From Verrucomicrobiota bacterium (GTDB lineage: Bacteria; Verrucomicrobiota; Verrucomicrobiia; Palsa-1439), in the NCBI GenBank assembly GCA_016871575.1, contig VHCW01000007.1, forward strand, positions 19,616 to 83,615: a DNA stretch of 64,000 nt. Reading direction: 5' to 3'. Both the position numbers and the translations under genes were made by a program. The notes under the pieces are model-generated. The model was not told the DNA's origin. It saw only the letters and a list, made by a program, of their open reading frames with translations, and ran no database searches. Shown here one piece after another: positions 61,149-64,000 of the stretch (the stretch's first letter is position 1; every line of letters begins with the position of its first letter).

Positions 61149-61185
61149 GGTTAACATGTTAACCATCGTGGTTAATATATTAACC
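61149..61185. promoter_or_regulatory. Second pair of the same palindromic sites, overlapping a sigma70-like promoter upstream of ilvD
   Basis: GGTTAACATGTTAACC lies at 61149-61164 and GGTTAATATATTAACC at 61170-61185; both are perfect palindromes with centres 21 bp apart. TTAACA (61151-61156), a 16-nt spacer and TAATAT (61173-61178) lie about 90 nt upstream of the ilvD ATG. Confidence 0.6.
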
Positions 61186-61271
61186 ATCACGAGTGAGGCG
61201 ACGGTTGTGTTGCGCGCTTGCCGCGGGAGGCGAGACGTGGCAAAGTGCGCGCCAAACAAAGGAAGTCCACT

Positions 61272-63452
61272 ATGCGCTCCGACATCATTAAGAAAGGCCC
61301 CGAACGCGCACCGCACCGCAGCCTGCTGCGGGCCGCGGGCGTCATCGAGTCCGAAGCCGATTTCGACAAGCCGTTCATCGCCATCTGCAACAGCTACACC
61401 GACTGCATCCCCGGCCACGCCCACCTCGACGAGATCGGCGCACTCGTAAAACGTTTCGTCCGCGAAGCCGGCGGCGTTCCATTCATCTTCAACACCATCG
61501 GCATTGACGACGGCATCGCGATGGGCCACGGCGGCATGAAGTTCTCGCTGCCGTCGCGCGAACTCATCGCCGACTGCGTCGAGTCCATGCTACAAGCGCA
61601 CCGTTTCGATGGCATGGTCTGCATCCCGAACTGCGACAAGATCGTTCCCGGCATGTTGATGGCTGCCATGCGCGTCAATATCCCCACCATTTTTGTCAGC
61701 GGCGGCCCGATGGCCGCGGGTAACGCCGTCGCAAACAAACCGACTGACTTGATCAGTGTCTTCAAGGCCGTCGGCGAATTGCAGGCCGGCAAGATCAACG
61801 AGGACAAACTTCGCGAACTCGAACAGGTCGCCTGCCCGACGTGTGGCTCGTGTTCCGGCATGTTCACGGCAAACTCGATGAACTGTCTCTGCGAAGCGCT
61901 CGGCATGGCATTGCCGGGCAACGGCACGGTGCTGGCCGTCTCGAAGGAACGCGAGGCGCTCTACCTCCGCGCCGCGCGCGCGATCATGAAGCTCGTCGAA
62001 CACGACTTGAAGCCGCGCGACATCGCCACCGTCGAGGCGTTCGACAACGCGCTCACGCTCGACGTCGCGATGGGCGGCTCGACGAACACCATTCTCCACA
62101 CCCTCGCCATCGCCCGCGAAGCCGGCATCGCGTACGACATCGCGCGCATTGACGCGATCTCGAAGCGGGTGCCCTGCCTGTGCAAAGTCTCGCCGTCGTC
62201 GGACTATCACGTCCAGGATGTTCACCGCGCCGGCGGCATCCACACGATTCTCGGCGAGTTGAAGCGCTTCGGCGCGCTCAACCTGAACTGCAAGACCGTC
62301 ACCGGCAAAACCATCGGCCAGGACATTGACGAGTGGGACGCCCGCTCATCGCAATACACCGCATGGGCAAAGTCCGCCCGCGTCGCCGGCGCGTCGGTGC
62401 CGGTGCGCGATGGCGAGATGGCGCGGAAACCGATCTCATTCTTCCCCGGCGACGAGCGTTCGATCACACTCTGGCGGCTTGCCGCTGCGTTCAACGCCGG
62501 CGACGCGTCGCTCTGTGCGGCGTTGTTTGCCGGCGATGCTGAGTTCCAACTCGACGAGACGACGACGTGGAAAGGCGCGGCAGAGATCGAAGCGGGATTC
62601 CGCCAGAGGATTGACGAGTTCAAAGGACAGGTGCGCGCGGAGCTGGGACGCTTGCGCGACACGCCGGTGTTGATGTTCTGGCAATACGCGCCGGGCGAGC
62701 CGAAGAAAGTGCGCAGCCTCGTTCGCGCATCGCGCTACCGCCAAGGCTGGCTCATCACGAAGGCGTACCGCGACATGCGTCCCGTGTCCATCGCCGCCGC
62801 CGAGCCGACCGGCTTGATGCCGCATGACGCGGCGTTCATGTTCAAGGCCGAGGACTGCATCCGCACGCCGGCGACCGCCTACTCGAAGGACGGCGGCCTC
62901 TCGATTCTCTATGGCCAACTCGCCCCGCAAGGCAGCGTCGTCAAGACCGCCGGCATCAGCGAGAGTTTCAAACAGAATTGCGGCGCGGACTTTGTGTTTG
63001 AAGGGCCGTGCGTGATTTTCGAGAGCCAGGAAGACGCCTGCTCCGGCATTCTCGCCGGCAAAGTGAAGGCCGGTGACATTGTCATTATCCGCAACGAAGG
63101 CCCGAAAGGCGGCCCTGGCATGCAGGAGATGCTCTCGCCGACCAGCTACATCGTCGGCATGGGACTCAGCGATAAAGTTGCGCTCATCACCGATGGCCGG
63201 TTCAGCGGCGGCACCGCGGGCGCGTGCATCGGCCACGTCAGCCCCGAAGCGGCGGAAGGCGGCCCGATGGGTCTGCTCAAGAACGGCGACCGGCTCCGGA
63301 TAGATTTCCCGAACCGCAAGATTGACATCTGCGTGCCGGAAGCTGAACTGACGGCGCGTCAACCGGTGCAGGTGAAACGGAACTTGACCGGCTGGTTGGC
63401 GCGCTATCAGAAACAAGTCACCAACGCCAGCGAAGGCGGTGTGTTGCGCTGA
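61272..63452 (+). CDS. ilvD: Dihydroxy-acid dehydratase with a large internal insertion
   Basis: IlvD motifs are present: [23 protein letters not shown]...[66 protein letters not shown]. The ORF is trimmed from 61218. An extra segment at about 62345-62858 is not seen in the IlvD sequences I know. Confidence 0.9.
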   Translation: MRSDIIKKGPERAPHRSLLRAAGVIESEADFDKPFIAICNSYTDCIPGHAHLDEIGALVKRFVREAGGVPFIFNTIGIDDGIAMGHGGMKFSLPSRELIADCVESMLQAHRFDGMVCIPNCDKIVPGMLMAAMRVNIPTIFVSGGPMAAGNAVANKPTDLISVFKAVGELQAGKINEDKLRELEQVACPTCGSCSGMFTANSMNCLCEALGMALPGNGTVLAVSKEREALYLRAARAIMKLVEHDLKPRDIATVEAFDNALTLDVAMGGSTNTILHTLAIAREAGIAYDIARIDAISKRVPCLCKVSPSSDYHVQDVHRAGGIHTILGELKRFGALNLNCKTVTGKTIGQDIDEWDARSSQYTAWAKSARVAGASVPVRDGEMARKPISFFPGDERSITLWRLAAAFNAGDASLCAALFAGDAEFQLDETTTWKGAAEIEAGFRQRIDEFKGQVRAELGRLRDTPVLMFWQYAPGEPKKVRSLVRASRYRQGWLITKAYRDMRPVSIAAAEPTGLMPHDAAFMFKAEDCIRTPATAYSKDGGLSILYGQLAPQGSVVKTAGISESFKQNCGADFVFEGPCVIFESQEDACSGILAGKVKAGDIVIIRNEGPKGGPGMQEMLSPTSYIVGMGLSDKVALITDGRFSGGTAGACIGHVSPEAAEGGPMGLLKNGDRLRIDFPNRKIDICVPEAELTARQPVQVKRNLTGWLARYQKQVTNASEGGVLR

Positions 63453-63637
63453 GAAGCGAGGAGAGATGCTGAGAGATTAAACTTTCTTCGGATATCAACT
63501 CCTGCATCCGCTATCTCCGGCGACGTCTTTTCTCAAAATAACATTCAGTGTTACGCTGCCATCGGCACTCATGATGTCATCGAAGTGCTCGTAACAATCA
63601 GCGTTATCAGACGTATCACGCCTGTGCGAAAGTCGGG

Positions 63638-64000
63638 CTAGAAGTGATGGGTCCAGCGGAAAATGAAACGCTGTCCCTCGGTCCGGTTCACAGCGCCGAG
63701 TTCCTGATAGAAGTTGAAGAAGATGTGATCGTTCTGAGAGAAACTGTAGAGCAACCCCGGCCCGATGCCGATGACTTCTTCGCGGCGATTGGGAGAATTG
63801 TTGCCATCCACCTTTGTATCGGTGATCTGTTTGAGATAGTAGCCGTTGATCCCAAGTCGTAAACGTTTCTCAATCACCTCGTACTCAGTGGCGAAGTTGA
63901 GGTGGATTGCTTGTCCAGCTTGCACCTTGGAACAGCCGGGTTCATTCGGTTCGGTGTTTTCATCGTTCCAGAGGTAGTGTATCCGCCAAGAGGTCGTCCA
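63638..64000 (-). CDS. Outer-membrane beta-barrel protein, MetA-pathway/phenol-degradation-like family (5' end beyond the window)
   Basis: The C-terminal sequence ...[18 protein letters not shown]...[43 protein letters not shown] has alternating beta-strand patterns and a terminal aromatic residue. The frame stays open upstream to position 64000. The DNA is locally AT-richer. Confidence 0.55.
   Translation of the reverse strand, partial: WTTSWRIHYLWNDENTEPNEPGCSKVQAGQAIHLNFATEYEVIEKRLRLGINGYYLKQITDTKVDGNNSPNRREEVIGIGPGLLYSFSQNDHIFFNFYQELGAVNRTEGQRFIFRWTHHF

Noticed and set aside
62345-62858. Intein interpretation of the ilvD insertion
   Set aside because: The insert does not begin with Cys/Ser/Thr (no N-terminal splice nucleophile) and has no C-terminal His-Asn, and no homing-endonuclease-like blocks are visible. 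The sequence looks like an NTF2/SnoaL-type fold instead.
1-64000. Search by eye of all intergenic spacers for tRNA, rRNA, tmRNA or riboswitch-like sequences
   Set aside because: No cloverleaf-like or otherwise recognisable RNA gene signatures were found. Small structured RNAs cannot be excluded without covariance-model searches.

Overview
This is a high-GC bacterial chromosomal segment. Its gene content looks like the PVC superphylum (Verrucomicrobiota/Planctomycetota-like): a MoxR-DUF58-BatA-DUF4175 cluster, a prepilin-type N-terminus, an IS200-like Y1 transposase with an HTH tail, and (CGAAATC)n hairpin repeats. All family names come from motifs I recognise by eye; no database search was possible.

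Layout:
- 1-25.3 kb: a minus-strand array of seven paralogous ~1000-aa genes (P1-P7; P1 is cut by the window edge and is absent from the ORF track). Each encodes a signal peptide, a class-I methyltransferase-like fold and a split PQQ/BamB-like beta-propeller. A HEAT+LamG gene sits inside the array, and several junctions are ATGA start/stop overlaps. P4 is disrupted by an IS200-like/RAYT-like element, and a Phd/ParE toxin-antitoxin pair lies between P4 and P5.
- 25.3-31.7 kb: secreted glycan-related proteins (two glycoside-hydrolase-like proteins, a small PQQ propeller, a lytic transglycosylase).
- 31.8-46.5 kb: an orphan membrane protein, then a MoxR / DUF58 / BatA-vWA / vWA-like / DUF4175 / prenyltransferase-like cluster. 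It carries two ~100-nt hairpin repeat elements and an antisense RelE-type toxin-antitoxin pair.
- 46.5-53.8 kb: housekeeping genes (DEAD-box helicase, SDR, LarA-like, rsmD, AsmA-like, lipid kinase, PfkB kinase).
- 54.0-60.6 kb: nusA-infB-rbfA-nrnA-truB-ribF.
- 60.6-63.5 kb: an XRE regulator flanked by four AT-rich palindromes, then an ilvD with an inserted domain.
- 63.6-64.0 kb: a partial outer-membrane barrel gene in AT-richer DNA.

The most interesting signal is a 7-nt tandem repeat at the same inter-domain linker in five of the seven paralogs (degenerate traces in the other two). The unit sequence differs between paralogs. The P2 unit is the same one that builds the intergenic hairpin elements. 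This could be phase variation or a repeat-insertion hotspot. No rRNA, tRNA or CRISPR array was seen.
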